Shown piece after piece: positions 21,365 to 36,300 of a stretch of 64,000 nt of DNA (the first letter of the stretch is position 1; every line of letters starts with the position of its first letter). The notes below the pieces were generated by a model. The model searched no databases and was not told the DNA's origin. It saw nothing but the letters and a program-made list of their open reading frames with translations. Source of the stretch: Raillietiella orientalis (taxonomy: Eukaryota); the NCBI GenBank assembly GCA_036172245.1, contig JAYWIR010000031.1, positions 2,294,001-2,358,000 on the forward strand, read 5' to 3'. A program made the translations under genes and the position numbers.

Positions 21365-24300
21365 ATGACCTATTATCAAGACCCATTGCTCCTTTTAGCC
21401 CTCAAAAAAGATCCTAGGCATAGGAATACAAAGGTGAACTTGCTTTTTGTATTTTCGAACGTCATTCGTGCTTAAAACGAGGTGCACGTTGCGTTGGTGT
21501 GGTGTTCAAAGATAACCGTTGTGTGTTCGTTTTATGTAACAGCAGCAGCATTATTAGGAATTTTATGTAATGAACAAAGTGCTGTTGATGCTAAATCACG
21601 TCCTTCAAGAGTAAAACATGATTTGCTTTTTGTTGTTGTGAATGCAGCGTTGGTTGGCGTATGGCACACAGTAGTAAATATTTTCATAGTTATTGTTAGA
21701 AGGCTTGCATGCCTGTTGCGTGAAACAGAAATGAATTACGTGAATTATTAATGTTTGTGTAAAACGTGTACTGCATAAGCACTACTCTCTCAGTGCTCTA
21801 AAGACGCTGGTTCCAAAAGGTCTTCTTGGCCCCGTAATCTTAATTTGTAATCAAAGTTAACCATGAAACATTCAAAGCACTTCACGCCTGTATAACTAGT
21901 ATTATTGAATTGTCGTTGTTCCAGAAAATTGCATACTCTTCTGATCACACACTGACACTTATTCCAGTGGGTTGTGTTCCCAAATGGTGCAATCTTTTGG
22001 AAATTAGAAAGCCTTAAATTCAGGTACCACAACCAAAAGTCATTTAAACACTAGTCTCCATAATCAGTTTGTAACAAAATATTTATTGGCACAAATGGGA
22101 TTAGTGGATAATGAGCCAAATTTGCTTGCGTTCTCTTTATAAATATTAATGTTTTTTGCCCTGAGAAAATGCTTCATCTCAATACACAGTAGCTTCTCAC
22201 AATATACCATGATGACTTCAACTGGATTTATCATTTTCACAGAACGTACAATAAATTGAATTTTAAATTTAGCATACAAATTTAGTGTACCAAGCAAGTT
22301 TGTTAAATAATAACAACTTTTTTTTAGTTCCAACTTTTAGTTGAGTTTGAAACTTAATATGTTTCCTTGTCGCTGGTTCGTAATAACTATTAATTCATGG
22401 AAGGTGCAAAGTATTCCTTTTACCCTCACATGTATAGGCTTGCAAAAGTGAAAGCAAAAATTGTTAATTGTACGAATTGCTTGTTCCATGTGTCTTTGTT
22501 GTTTCTTTGTTAGTATACTTGTTGCTTGATAGTACACATGTTCATTTTTACTGTAAACTAATGCGTTCATGTATCGTAAATGTTTTTCCTTGAATAATTG
22601 GAACTCTTTTGAGATCAGTATTTTTGTTCACATTTCATCAAAGTTGTATGATGTTTGTATCTTATGCTTTTTAGGGTTGTTCCTTTTTTTTGTAGTGACT
22701 TTTGTGTGCTAATTAGTTTTATTATTGACTAGTTTTTCTATTTCTAATGCCTGCATATCTCAGTATTGCATGTGGTTTGCATTACTTGTACATTGCATCT
22801 CACCTTGAAAGAGAGAGTTTTGATATGATACAAGGAATTCCATCATTTGATTAATTTGATTGATTAATTTTTATTCATTGTATTATTCTAGTCAAATAAT
22901 AAAAAGTGAAGATGTTTTGCTTTATAAAGAATGCGAATTAAACTGATATTTTTTGTTTATAAACTACCAATTGTTTGCATTAACATGAAATGAAAGATGT
23001 GAATTGTGAACGAAAATTTACAGTGGTGTTTGTTATCAGTGCAAAAGCTTTTAGTCATTGTTATTTACTCAAAAATTTGAAATCTTTTTTGCTCACTGAA
23101 AAATTCTTTACACATATGTTACACTTGAAATTCAAATTTAAGATATTAAAATTAAACATATGATGCTCAAGCTACAAACACATGTTGCTGTAAGTGCACT
23201 CCTTGTTTTCCTATAGATGTAAATACATGCTTGCATTATGGATTAATAGATTTGGTTTTATGTTGAGTGTGCTATTTCCTAATTAATAAAAATTGATTCA
23301 TTAAAATTATTTATTGATTACAAATATTGTGAATTAGTCAGAATTATCAATTTGGGTAATTTTATTATATATAATTCAGATATGTACATGTTGCATAAAG
23401 ATCGTGTCCTGTAATCGTTTTTGCATTTGGAGAGCTGTAACTGAAGCTAACTGTTTGCATCTGGAGGCATTTGTTAATCATATTCGTTGTTGTTGTCGTT
23501 TTTCCTCTTTTTTGATTCCATTCTTTCATGGTTGAAAGTGATTCTATAAATATGAGTACATATCCTTATTGAACACATATATTTAAGTGAGCAGTTAGGA
23601 CTTATTTGTGGAAAAGATTTCAAAAAATCTGATTAGATTCAGTCAAATATGTTTGTTTTGGAAATGAAATGGATTGTAATAATGTATTAATGGTGATTCA
23701 ATAGAAGATAGGATGCAACTGTAAGCTGGAAGCAAAATTATTGGGAATGTTGTAGAATTGAGATCCAGTCTTGGAAAAACTCAGTAAGTAGTATTTGTGA
23801 TTAAAACAATGCTCAATTATTAGCTTTTTAAGTAATGTGTTTAGTTTATTCAAGAAGTAGAACCAAAAGACATAGATTTGAGATGAATTGATTTATCAAA
23901 GCCCTAGGTAGTTCTTGTCTTTTAAAGTGACTGACATTGCTAATTCTACTAAGTAAATGTATACACTGAGAAACCATGAGTTTTTGGTATGGGTTCTCTA
24001 ATTTTCTAAAATTAACCATTCATAGGGAGCATCGTAAAATGTGCCTGTTAATTTGCAATTCCTTGATAATAATGCTTTGTACTTTAAGAACTAGCAAATG
24101 AACATTTGAAATGGGATTTCGTGCACACAAACATATTCTCATTTTGAATATTGTTTGTGATTTTTTTGAGTTTGTTTTTGTTTTTGCATCAGGTGCTAGT
24201 TTTTAGAAGTGTGAAACTCTGTTAAAAATTTCCAAGTTTTAAAATAAAGTTTGGCTAACTTCAGTTAGAAATTCACATTTGAGGGGAAGCAAAATAGTAT

Positions 24301-27300
24301 CTTTGGCAAGCATTCATTGTAATGCATCCTATTATTATCACTTTTGAGGTATTTTCCTTGTGAAATTTGCATGCTTTGGCAGTTTGAGTAAATCCATAAT
24401 GCACTTGTTCTACTTTTGTTTAATTTTACTAATTCAAAGTAACAGGTTCCAATAACAATAAATATCATGCTTTATTACAAATTTCAAGGTCAAATGATGT
24501 GCATTACTTACAAACATGTGCACAAGTGTATGCAAGTGTGAGTAAAATTTCAAATTGTATCTGGATTCCCTTGTATGGAAATAATCAACCATGCAAAATA
24601 ATCAACGGTTTTTTTTAAAGCCTATTCTTCTATTATTTTATGTTACATGTCATATTTATGTTAGTTACTACTATATTTCGTAATTTTTGTTCTGAGGACA
24701 AATATCTGCATATATATTACTGTTTTACTCCATTCATCGGGGAACTTGTTGCAGTGAACCAATTACATTCATGGTTGGAGCATTGTGAAGTGTTACAGTC
24801 AATTATCAGTAATTATTTCATACACATGTATTCATGTTTCAATTCGTAAATAGAAATATTTAATGATGTTATGTATCTTGCCATTATCTGAATTGTGATT
24901 TTGCAGGATTTAGCAACTATTTATATTCATTTGAGGAATTTAAGTTCAGTATCGAATTTGAAAGAGAGTGAACTTACATTTATTTGCAAGACTGGTCGTT
25001 ACATTCATACAGATGCCAATGACATTCTTTTTCGGTAAGTTTACCTTATCATAAGGTGTTTTTGGTCTTTTCCTATGTAATATTTTCTTGCCATGCTATG
25101 TGCGTTAGTAAACAAAAATCTGGGTGAATGTATTGTTCAGTATGACTTAATCATTTAGATTCATTTTGATCATCATCGAATGATACACTGTAGTGTTGTT
25201 GTAAAAATACTTCTGTAAACATTGTGAAAATATACAAGGGGGATGTAGTGATAGATTTGAAATACCTTAATGTTTAGTTGGAAAATATTTTCGAACTAAA
25301 GTTGTGCATTCCCTATTATTGTTTGGTATGATAAATAAGTTACACATATTATTCTTATTAATGAGCATCAAGTTAAATGAACTAGCTATTCAGAATTTCC
25401 AGAACTTGGTTTGAAAAGTCAATGAGTTTTTCATAAATAATCTTTGCACATTCCAGCATTTAAAAGAAACAAACACATCTTGATTTTCGTGTTTATTCTT
25501 TTCCGCAATGCACCGCTTTTGTGTTCTTAGAGTGTCCTTGTCAACATACACATGTACAACTGAGTACCAGCGTTTTCCGTGTAAGGAAAAAATATTTATA
25601 ATGGAAGCGAATTGATTGAGATTTTAAGCAAACTGTTGATGAAAACTTCACAAAAATTGCCCGTAAATTTACTAGGTGAAGATGAATTACTTAATTAGGC
25701 TCATGTCTTGGCTGATTTGCTTTTTACACCTTTCGTGATTGGAGAAGTCCGGTTATGAATATTGTTAACTGGATCTTGAGTTTTGAGAATCTCATACTTT
25801 ATGTAATTAACATTATTGTACGTATGTTATCATAATAAAGTAATATTACGAGAATAGTAGGCTTTTGGATTATTGCTGTATTGTTTACATAATTATGCGC
25901 ATTAGGTGATGTTCCGGAAAAGATTGCAGGGCAGCAAAGTAATCAAGTTCATACTTTGTAACACCAGTGTTTGGAAAATATGGGAGAAACGTGAAATCGA
26001 TGTCATAATTAGCGAACTGATGAAGGAAATTATCCCCATGTGTGTACAGAAAGGCAAATGCAACGGAGACATTTTCGTTGAGTAATTGTATGATCCGTTT
26101 TGTTTTACATCAGCGTTAAAACGAATCTTAGTTCCTCGTTCGAGTTGAGAGATCGTATGCTCCGCAGCAAAATTGATTCGTGAGATTCCCATTAAAGAAT
26201 GAAATGTGAGTGCTTCAGCTTTTGTTTCAAAATTTTTAAGCTTCCAAAACTTCACGTTCGGCATTCCATCATGTGGTTGTGTGGCTCTCATCCCCAACGG
26301 TCCATTCAGTTGCAATGTTGCGATATGTATGTAAAACCCGTTACCTGATGAATAATGCATTTGCTAAGGAATGAACTGCGATTGCACTCTGCACGAAGTT
26401 TCACACTGACAACATTCCAAGTTGGCAGTGCATAATTTTGTTGAGGTTCCTTTGGTCATTTGAAGAAAAGTATAACAGTGTCGACGTTTTTTAAGGTATG
26501 CTGTGCCGTACTCTTGCTGATTTTGGTTCGTCGTCTTTAAACGGAGACAGGGTTAATTGCAATTCTCTCTAAAGATTTTTCCTGAATACCCCCCCCTCCC
26601 CCGCCCAAAACAAACAAACAAACTGCCTGATTGTCGATGATGATGATTGCGAAGGCACCAATGAACTCCCGTGTTCGTGTTCCGAAGCACACACAGCTTC
26701 ATTTCGGCGTCGGGGAAGTCTTCTTCTGGTCTGTCGAAAATTCCGAATGAGAAAGCAGACGGGGATGGTACACGGACGGTTCCTTTTTCCTCCATCTGGA
26801 AATGGGGTCGAATTAGTTGGACGATTTGTTGAACCTCGAGCCGCGAGAATCAGATTGGGGGAGGGGAGGGGGGGAGGTAATTTTCTTTTCGCTCCATCAT
26901 TTTTCATAGTATGTGGATACGGATACAGATGGCAAGCCCGTTGTCCCGCAGCATTTCTGAGTTTGTGTGCAAGTTTTATAAACTTGCTTTCTCCACGAAT
27001 GAAGCAAGTCTGTTATTCATCTGCTCAGGAACTTTCGTGCTTTGTGTGATTTCGTTATCACTATTCAACATTCACAGCAACAGTAATTGGGGGATTTTGT
27101 TACAAATTGGTAGTGGTTATTTTGAAATCATTCACCAAACAGATTTTGTCCCCCCCTTCGTTATTCGTTGTAAACCAGCTTTTAGAAACTGAGACTTCTG
27201 CGTGTGCGTCATTCTGTCGGACTGCTTGATTTGTATAATGCGTGGTTATTGCGTTGAACTGTGCTGGCTCATGAATAGATCTTCAAGGATTCTGATGTCT

Positions 27301-30299
27301 TCCGCATTCTTTGTGTTTAAAAAATGCTGTATTAGGTTTCTCTTTGCTAGCATGCCCGGGAGATCCTTGCCCTTCAAGCAATGCCTACTTGCAGTGCTGT
27401 TGAATACGAACGAGTAATTTTGCTCATTCAGTAACAAAGGTTTTTTTCCATGTGGGATGATGTGGTCCCATTTCGTGGTTATCTGCGCTGTGGATCGTCG
27501 GGAATGAAATGTTATGCATCAGAACTGCATTGCAGCCCCAGGTTTCGTTTTTGGACCATAAGTGGTTCTTCTGGGTCTCGAGGGCTTGTTCAGGAGCAAC
27601 AGCGAGCAAGCCTGCGGTCCTCCCTCCCCCCCCCCCCTTTTTCTTTTTCTTTTTCTTTTCTTTTCTTGTTCTTCACGATCACCGTCAGGTTTGCAGCAAC
27701 TTGTTACGCAGATTGTCTTTCACCGAACCGGAGTCTGAAATGTAATGCATACGTTTTTGCACCTTTATTTGTGTACATTCTCTCGGACTTTATTATTTTA
27801 TCTTATTTTTTTTTTTGCGCCATCATCAATCTAGCTAACGTGATAAACCGCATTTCCAAGCGATTGCCATCCACTTTCTCAGGGAGAATTTCGAAAGATT
27901 GTCTTCAGTATTTCACCTTTGGGTAAACTCTGTCTTAGAGGTTGCCACCACTTCACCACTTTTCATGCCAAAACTGCATTTTTTTTTTTGGTGTCCGCAG
28001 ACCTTTTCTTTTTTTTGCTTTCTAGCGTGGAGAATCAGGAGATCCGCATAACATGGGCTCCAGCAGCCTCGTTCGTCGTGAATGATTGAAGGAACTTTTG
28101 TGAAGTGAATCAAAGGGTTTCGGGATTCGGAAAAGGATTTCGAAAGCCATGTTTCCAAAATCTATTTCTATAAGTCAAGGAATGGGCACTCTTAAATCAG
28201 AAATTGAGAATTAAAAAACCATAAAGAATTAAGAAAGTTGATTACATTATGTAGTTACAGTTATGCATACACATATATATAATACCAGTGTTAGGAACTC
28301 TTTGAAAGTCACGCCATGTTTCAGGAATGTTAGTGCACATTCGAATAAATGTTTGTGCGCCGATCGCACGTTCATCCTTGATTCAAGCTAATTTGAAGAT
28401 TAGTGAGTAAAAAATTAGCACTAAATTGATCTAAAGCGGGAATTCTCTGCAGCTTTAGCTTTAATCGAAAAATCATTTTCGATCGCGTCGCGCATGAAAA
28501 TTTCGAGAATCAAAGAGAATGGAAAAGTAAGCAAAGATGAGGAAACCATTAAAAAGTATCTCCAACAAATAATACTAATAGTAGTTCCGGATGTTGATAG
28601 TGAAAACTGCAAAATTGAGTATTTGGTCGCGCTCACAGCGAGATGGAAGAGAACATTTGGGTAAAAGTAAAAGGCAAAACAAAAACAAAGCTGCACGAGC
28701 GGCACCTGAAGGGATGTGAAAATTCTCTGAGGTTCTGCGTGAATAGTAATGATAGAAACACTCATTCTTTTCCACTATGTCTGACTTTGTTTAAGTTGGT
28801 GGTGTTCCTTCCGCATGGCAGTGGAAGAATGTGCGAGTAAACGCCTGCTGGGCAACGTAATGAGACTTGGGGAAGTGTTCGAGGTGTTTCGCTCTTCGTG
28901 TTTTGGAAACCGTCTCTTGCTTTCATCAGCAGCACTAATAGAGAAACTTCTTTGTGGTCAAGGATGCTGGGATCCTATGATAATTGCATGGTATCGGGGC
29001 TGCGCATAAGGCATTGAGTGAAATTTATTGCCGAGAGGAACCAATTTCGGAACCTTAGTTTTCGTCGCAAGTTTCGTGTTTCTCCATGAGATTTTGTAGT
29101 TTTTATGAGTTTTTCTTGGAATCGAACGTGACTGTTTGATCTGAATTTGACGGAAAATTTAAAAGAATAGTTTGTAATGGAAATTTTACATCGCGATGCC
29201 AAAGCTACTTCTAGACCTGTTATGATCTTCAGAGGATAAGTTATTTTTATTGATTTCATTTCGTTACGAAAGCATGAGATTCATGCAACAATAGTAATAG
29301 TGTATACATAGTGTATTTCATGGGATTCATACAACAGATGGAAAGTGTTTCCATAGCAATACAGAATCCAAGAGTAGATAGTGTATTTCATGTTTTCAAT
29401 GTAGTAGTTTTGCGTGGTCATGAGAAAGGGATTCCCATTCTTTTAAAAATATATTTTTTTTTGCTTCAAGGGAGTATTACGGTTTTTCAGGGGTATTGCT
29501 AAAAAAAAGTATCATTGGGTTTTTAAGTTTTACTGGTTGATAGTGTCTTGTAAGGAAAGAAGCGGTTTGCATCACAAGAACATACACCGTTCCCACGTCC
29601 AAAGCATAACTGCATAACCAAGTTGCTCAGAAACAGGCAATGTAGAATCGTTGAAAAACTAGGAACGTCTAATTAATAGTTCCGGATTATGTAATTTTTT
29701 AAATTCATACGTCATGAAAAATTAACATGTCGGTGTGATGGGTGATAGGAATGTATGTACATGATAATACGAATGTAAAATTCTCCGAGTGTCGATTTCG
29801 TTACATGAGGTGGGATTCTATCATCCAGTCAACGTGGGAAAGATCATTGCGTATGCGTGGATGTCGATATCACTTTCACCGGGAAAATGATTCTTCTTTA
29901 AATGCAATTACGGCAGCAGCTCGTTTTGCGACGCACCTCAAGCTGCTTTTATTCTGCGTGCTGTTCTGCAGGGAGTGGGGCCCATCGGTTGCTGAAAAAA
30001 AGTGATAAGCACAATAAAAGTATATACGTGCGTTACTTTTGGCCTGTAATCGTTTCCAAGGTGGGGCTTCTCAGTGCAAAAGCGTCGGAAATCGTTGCTT
30101 CAGGTTTATCCTAACTGGCAATTTGCAGTTGGACGTGATGCCCAACGACTTGCATGCAACGTGTTAATGAGAGTGCCAGTAAATGAGTGAGAATGCGAGG
30201 AATGCAGCGAGTTGTTTTCCTGAGAGGTTTTTTTTTTTTTTTGAATTTCTAATAGACAAGCTCGGGAAATTCTCATTTTTATGGTCGTTGCTGTGCTTG

Positions 30300-30363
<64 letters not shown>

Positions 30364-33300
30364 ACTGATCTTTTAGCATTTCTGATATGTCAGCTAAAGT
30401 TGAGATAGAATCTCTTTGATCGTTAAATCTGAAAAACAAAAAAAACTGACCACAGGTAAATACCATGGTATATATACAGGTACGTACTGATCCTGCACAT
30501 TCAATCCACAATGTCGAATCAGATAAGCTTGTTTAAATCAAAATTGATGTATGCTTTCAAGAACACAATTGGCCCCTCCCCCTGCTCCATAATAAGGATT
30601 CATAAGATTCAAAAGTATTGGAATTTTTAGTAGTTTGGTCGTTTTCAAAGACAAGAATTCCTTCATGAATGCATGTTTTTTTGATCCTCTTTCACGTAGA
30701 ATCTGTGACTTGTCAAGTATGAGAAATGACACGTTCCTTGAAAGCTCGTTTATCCCCATCGCTCTTGATTTTTCGAAAAATCTAGATCCCGTGAGGTTTC
30801 AGTGCTGAGGCGATTGGATCACAATTTTGAGAGAATTCGTATCTTCGAGGGCTCAGTAATATCCAGACATTCTGTTCCGAGGACGCTATTCGTACATTGT
30901 GGTTGAAATTTTGCTCGGGGTTTTCCGGAATTGGAACCTCGTTGTTTTACCGAGTTTAGTTCAAAGTACGGTTTTATCCGTTCGCTGTTCGCATGGGATA
31001 ATTACAGGTTGCTGTAAGTGTTTCCCATTTTTTATGTTTTAGTTTCATGTACATTCTCGTTTCGTATTCGTCACTGAAGTACAGAAGCCCTAACCGACAA
31101 CCTTGTTGCACGACCTTGTTCAGTCCACTGATCACTATCCATCTCAGTTGAAATTTCGTGAGAACCAAAATTACGCTTCTTCCTATTCTTTCGTGCCTCT
31201 TGAGCGTTTCCCGTTTCTGCGAGAAATTTGTGGTGTAAACAGTATTTATGTTGAAGGCACACTTATAAATTGAATATGCATTATTAATACCTTTAATGGA
31301 AGCATATTGCCCTCTGGTGTTCATTCGAAGTTTATTGTGTTTTACAACTTCGAATGCCAAAGGAAGGTGCACACAATACCTTTGTTGAATTGATTTCTCG
31401 AATTTGTGGACACGATATAAATCATTTTGAGAGAAGAATCATGAATTGCCTTTCTGCAGTTCGTTCGAATTGTTTCATTGTATCCTTAAGCGAGTTGGCT
31501 TGATTCCTCAGCAGCAGCAGCAGCATCATTGGGATGGTTTGATGCACATTTGTGTATTAATGGCGTAACTCTGATATTTGGTAATCGCTGTCGTTTCAGT
31601 ATAATCTTTGCAGTCAGGCTTTCAGGATGCTTTGATTTCACTGTTGATGCCTTGTGCTTATTTGTAAATAAAATGAAATGATGTCCTTATCGTGTGGTGA
31701 TGTGCTCTTAATATTTCAAAAGTCATTCCGATTTCCTTCGTGATTATACCAATGCAAGTCAAACCATGAGCTGAAGCAGTGCTAACCTTCAAGCGTAGTT
31801 TTGTAAAGAGTTTTGCGTTTTTCTTTCCCTTTCGTGCATTTTTTCCGCTTATGCCTGCACAAACTGTGTAAAAAGGGAAGTAAAATTCAAATACAAGACC
31901 GTATTCAGAAGAATGTGATGCTCCTGTTTAACGGGATTGCTTCAAATTCGCCTTTGGTGTTTTTGCATTTGTCAGAGTAATTTACCACCTTGTTGAGGTA
32001 TGAAGGAGTCTGGTCCATGGTTCCGAAGCATTTGAAACATATAGTGTACTGGCTATTGTTCAACGTTTCGTTCAAAGTGAGTTTAAGGAGCACGAAGATT
32101 CGCGATTTACCGCAACAAGAGCATGAAGATTGTTCCTTTGGACGAAGAATAGTTTGAGGATGTGGACCGCAGATGGTAGTACGAATATGTCTTCCTAAAT
32201 ATGGGTTCGATTCGAAGCCGGAGGACCGACTATGTGTTCGAAGAATTCGCATCTTTTTTGAAACCCTGCTCTTTTGTATTTCCAGGAATGCCATCTCCCC
32301 ATTCGAATGCAAATCAAAAAATATCCTCTAAGAAGCTCTCTTGAGAAAATGAATCGACGTGGTAGCTATCCTTTTCCTCTTAATTCCATGTTATGCTTTG
32401 TGCTTCGTGAGACCGCATCGGTTGGGCGTTGCCCCAGTTTTCGGTGATTCTCATCCAAATGGCAGCAACAGTCTCGCATCGTTTTTCCTTGTCCTTGTGT
32501 TATCCAATTTTTACTTAATTTGTTCAGAACTCTTGGCCGGTAGCGAATCCCGAATGCGTTATTCGTTTTAGCATGCAATGGAATGGAGAAAGACGTTACC
32601 ATAAGCAGTCTGCTTATGTGTTCTCCACATTTCAAGTCTCTCTGTAAAAAAAAAAAAAAAAAAACTTCATGTTAGCTATTTCAATGCCTAAATTGCATAA
32701 CTGGTAGTCGTTAGGACAGCAGCATTACTTGGATATGTTCTGCTGCTTCAAGTTCGGCAGTTGTCACTCCACGCACCCTTCAGATTTCAAGATTTGCCGC
32801 TGATAAATTATGGCGTATATCTTGGATCTCACAAACAGTGGTTTCCGTGTGTTGCGATCAGTTTGTTGCACCCATCGCTACTTTTCAGGCACAGCCGCCT
32901 CGTTGATTTTCTACTGTTTGGCGTTTCCCGCTGCCTCTTCAGACGCACGCATGGCAAAGATGCTCAGAGATGCGATTCGCAGAGTTTGCGAAAAAAATGC
33001 CAGATTCGTGTTCGTTGTTCGGTGCAGCCCTCCCCCCTCCCCCTTCCGTGCGACTTTGATTTGGTGAAACACGCAAAAGGTCCAGCAAGTTGCGAGGGAG
33101 CACCGAAATCTGTACTGCCGTCTTCTCCCGACCCGCAGATCCACCGACGTTCCCAGCCAGAAGGGAAGAAGAAGCCGTGCAAAAACTTCGTGGAATCGAA
33201 TCGCATCTGTGGTGGACCCTTGCCTGTTCCCACCACACGCTGAAGCAACTTCGCCTCCGTCAAAACCAATTAGACCAATTAGACCCCGTGGGTCCTTTAC

Positions 33301-36300
33301 ACTGCGCGCCGCCCCGGAGTAAATTCGCCCTGCAAGAAGCATTCGGCTGCACTTTGAAAAAAGTGTTCGGCCCTTTTCGCCCGCCCATGCCGATGTCCTG
33401 CAAAATTCGGATTTTTTTTTTTTTTGGTTTTTTTTCTATCGACTTGGTTTGTCAGTGCCGCCACGGCGCTTTCGTAATTTGATATAATGCATTCTTTATT
33501 CTAGTAGATGGAAAATGAAATTGGTTTGTGCTCAAATATGTATTTCAAGCATTCAGGGCTCGTGTTGCATTCTGACAAACAGTCGTTCTTTGTGACTTAA
33601 TTATGCATGTAAAGCTATTAGAAGTGTGCCAACACAATTTCTGTTGTTTGTCGGTTGAAATCTTTTATGACTGTATGGTGCGGTGCGCGGTTTGCCTAAT
33701 GGTGCCATAATAAACAAATAATAAACGAAAAAGATGCCTGGAAACTGTGTCGTGTACTATTCATGATTAGCAATGCGGTGACCGGTAAATGTATTTAAAT
33801 CATCTTTTGTCGGTATCATTACTGAGGAATTGGAACGATGTGTTTGCGAATCTGAAGTTGGCCATAGGCGAACAAGTATCTCGTATAACTTTGTGTATGC
33901 GTGAAATTTTAGCTCCCTTGGCTGCTTGCCTATTAGCTATCTTCCCAATTATCTCTTTTATTTTTTATTTTTACTTTTTCTATACTGTATTAATGTGACT
34001 TATTTTTAGACGGGGCGATTTAGTTACTTGCTGGTACATTCTGTTGGCCGGTTCTGTGTACATCGACGATATTATGTTCCTGCCTCCTTCCAGGTAATTG
34101 CATTCCTCATTATCTTTGTCACAATTTATTATATGTATCTCCGATCTTGTGTTATCTGTTGATGTCGAATTTATTGTTAGCCGTGAAAGTGCCATTCAAA
34201 AATCACGTGTAAAACTTTGTCTTCAAGCGACATGCGAATCCGTACTTTCTATGTGGCTAACGGGAAGGTTTTCTCGTCTATTTTTCCGTGGCATGGTAGG
34301 AATAGAAATTGTTGGTGTTCCTTCGAATTTGGCCACGCGGTGGTTGTGTTTGAATTCGATTCGCGCCTGGCTGGGAGCATCAATTTGAATTTCTGCTTGT
34401 CCTCTAACAGAAAAGCATGAATATGGAATATTCAGATGTTAGTGTATAGGCATTCACAGTACGTTTTTTTCCACAGCATTGGAAATCGTTCTGCTCGAGG
34501 CGCAAGACGCACCAATGAGTGTCTTATACTGGAACCTTCAGAAATGATCGTCGTGAGTATATGTTGTCCTCTTTACGTCACTTCTTCATCTACAAAAACA
34601 AAAACAAAAATCCTTCCTGATTCAGAGGATTACACACTTTTGTACGTGTATATCGATGATATCCACTTATAAATGTGACTGTCACCCATTGTTTCATTAA
34701 GCACTGTTTTAATGTTCTTACGGAATATCAGCGGTCCTCGATACTCTTTAAGAGTAAACAGCACAAGTTTTGCTTTCTCATAGATTGAGTATCCCGATGT
34801 ACAAATTACTAAGCATGTTGCCCATCATCATCACCATCACCATGATTACCGAAACAAAGAAAAGACCTACGATATCGAAGAAAAACGTCCTTACTCTTGG
34901 TTGAAATTCTGTGATTATGCGGAAATGGATTCAGTAAGTTATTGCTCTTTTATTACTTTAAATTCAGGTCAACAATTCGTTGAAACCTTCCTTGGAATTG
35001 GCACCTTTAGAAAGATTGTGATTTCAGGTGGGATTAAAGTAATCGTTATTAAAATAGTAAGGAATAACGATCACTTTATCGGCATAAAGCAATCGCTATT
35101 CCTTAGTATTTTGTGTTTTCTTACATCGGAAAAAACTGGAATCCAGAAAAGGTGAGAGAAACTTGAAGTTCCTCGAGAGATTGCATGCTATGGTACAGAG
35201 TGCAGCTGCTCCTTGTTTATTCTAACATTAACTTTAGGGGATTCTTCAAATTAGTTGAATGATTACGATTAAAGAACGGAAACGACTGATTTTTTGGAGT
35301 GCTAGACTTGGGTTCTTTGACAAAATTTTAGTACTTTGACTTGAAGGAACGTTTGTTAAGATGGTAGTTGAAACCAATCTTAGCGCCCGGAGGGAATAAA
35401 AGCGAAGATGAATAGTCACTGACAGTCTTTAAGATTGAAAAGACGGCTAAAAATGCAATTCTCTTTAGCATGAAGATAGTTGCCATTCGTATCATCGTCA
35501 TGATTTTGAATCTGTTTATGATCGACGCCATTCTGATACAAGTTCAGCGTACAGTGGTTCTGATACTGTAGGGAGTGTACATAGTTCCATTGAAGCTGAT
35601 GATGTAGACCTAACTGGACTAGAAGAAGGCAATGTTGATACAGATGAAGATGAAGATCTGGCTGAAAGCATGGAGGTTTTGAATCGTTCATTAAAAATGC
35701 GTATAACATCTTGAATGCTTTCCAGAGTCTTAGTGTCAGGGATGAGATACGAGACTGCCTAGATAAAGAACCTCTCCACAGAACCGAGGATGATATTAAT
35801 CTTTTGATGGATTTTATTCAGCATTTGAGGGCTTTTGCTAATATGACATCCACAGTTCGTAGAGCTTTGTGCTCTGTCATGGTTTGAACTTTGTATTTCA
35901 ATGTCGCATGTGTGGATTTTTTCCTTAGGTTTTTGCTGTTGTACAGAAAGCCGGAATGATAGTTCTGAATGATGGAGAAGAACTTGATGCATGGAGTGTT
36001 ATCGTAAATGGGTTGGTAGAGATCGAAACCCCCAATGGACAATTCCAGGAGCTAGGAATTGGCGATAGGTAATAAAAAGCAATTTTGGTTATGTTGTGGA
36101 ATTTTTTTTCAGTTTCGGGATCACTCCCACCATGCAGAAATTATATCATAAGGGTGTTATGCGCACTAAAGTTGATGACTGCCAGTTTGTCTGCGTAACC
36201 CAGGAAGATTATTATCGAATTCTCAATCAGGGGGAGGAAAGCATTATCAAAATATGTGAGGAGGGTTCAGTGGTACTAAAAATGGAGGAAAGAATCCTCG

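Noticed and set aside
21351..21370. Reverse-strand similarity to nematode SL1 leader (ATTACCCAA)
   Set aside because: Only a 9-nt core, overlapping the RapGEF start codon, with no donor or Sm site.
23713..23790. Possible alternative RapGEF micro-exons (ATGCAACT|GTAAGC; AG|...TCA|GTAAGT)
   Set aside because: Would need a 35-nt intron, shorter than any supported here, and the peptide has no family similarity.
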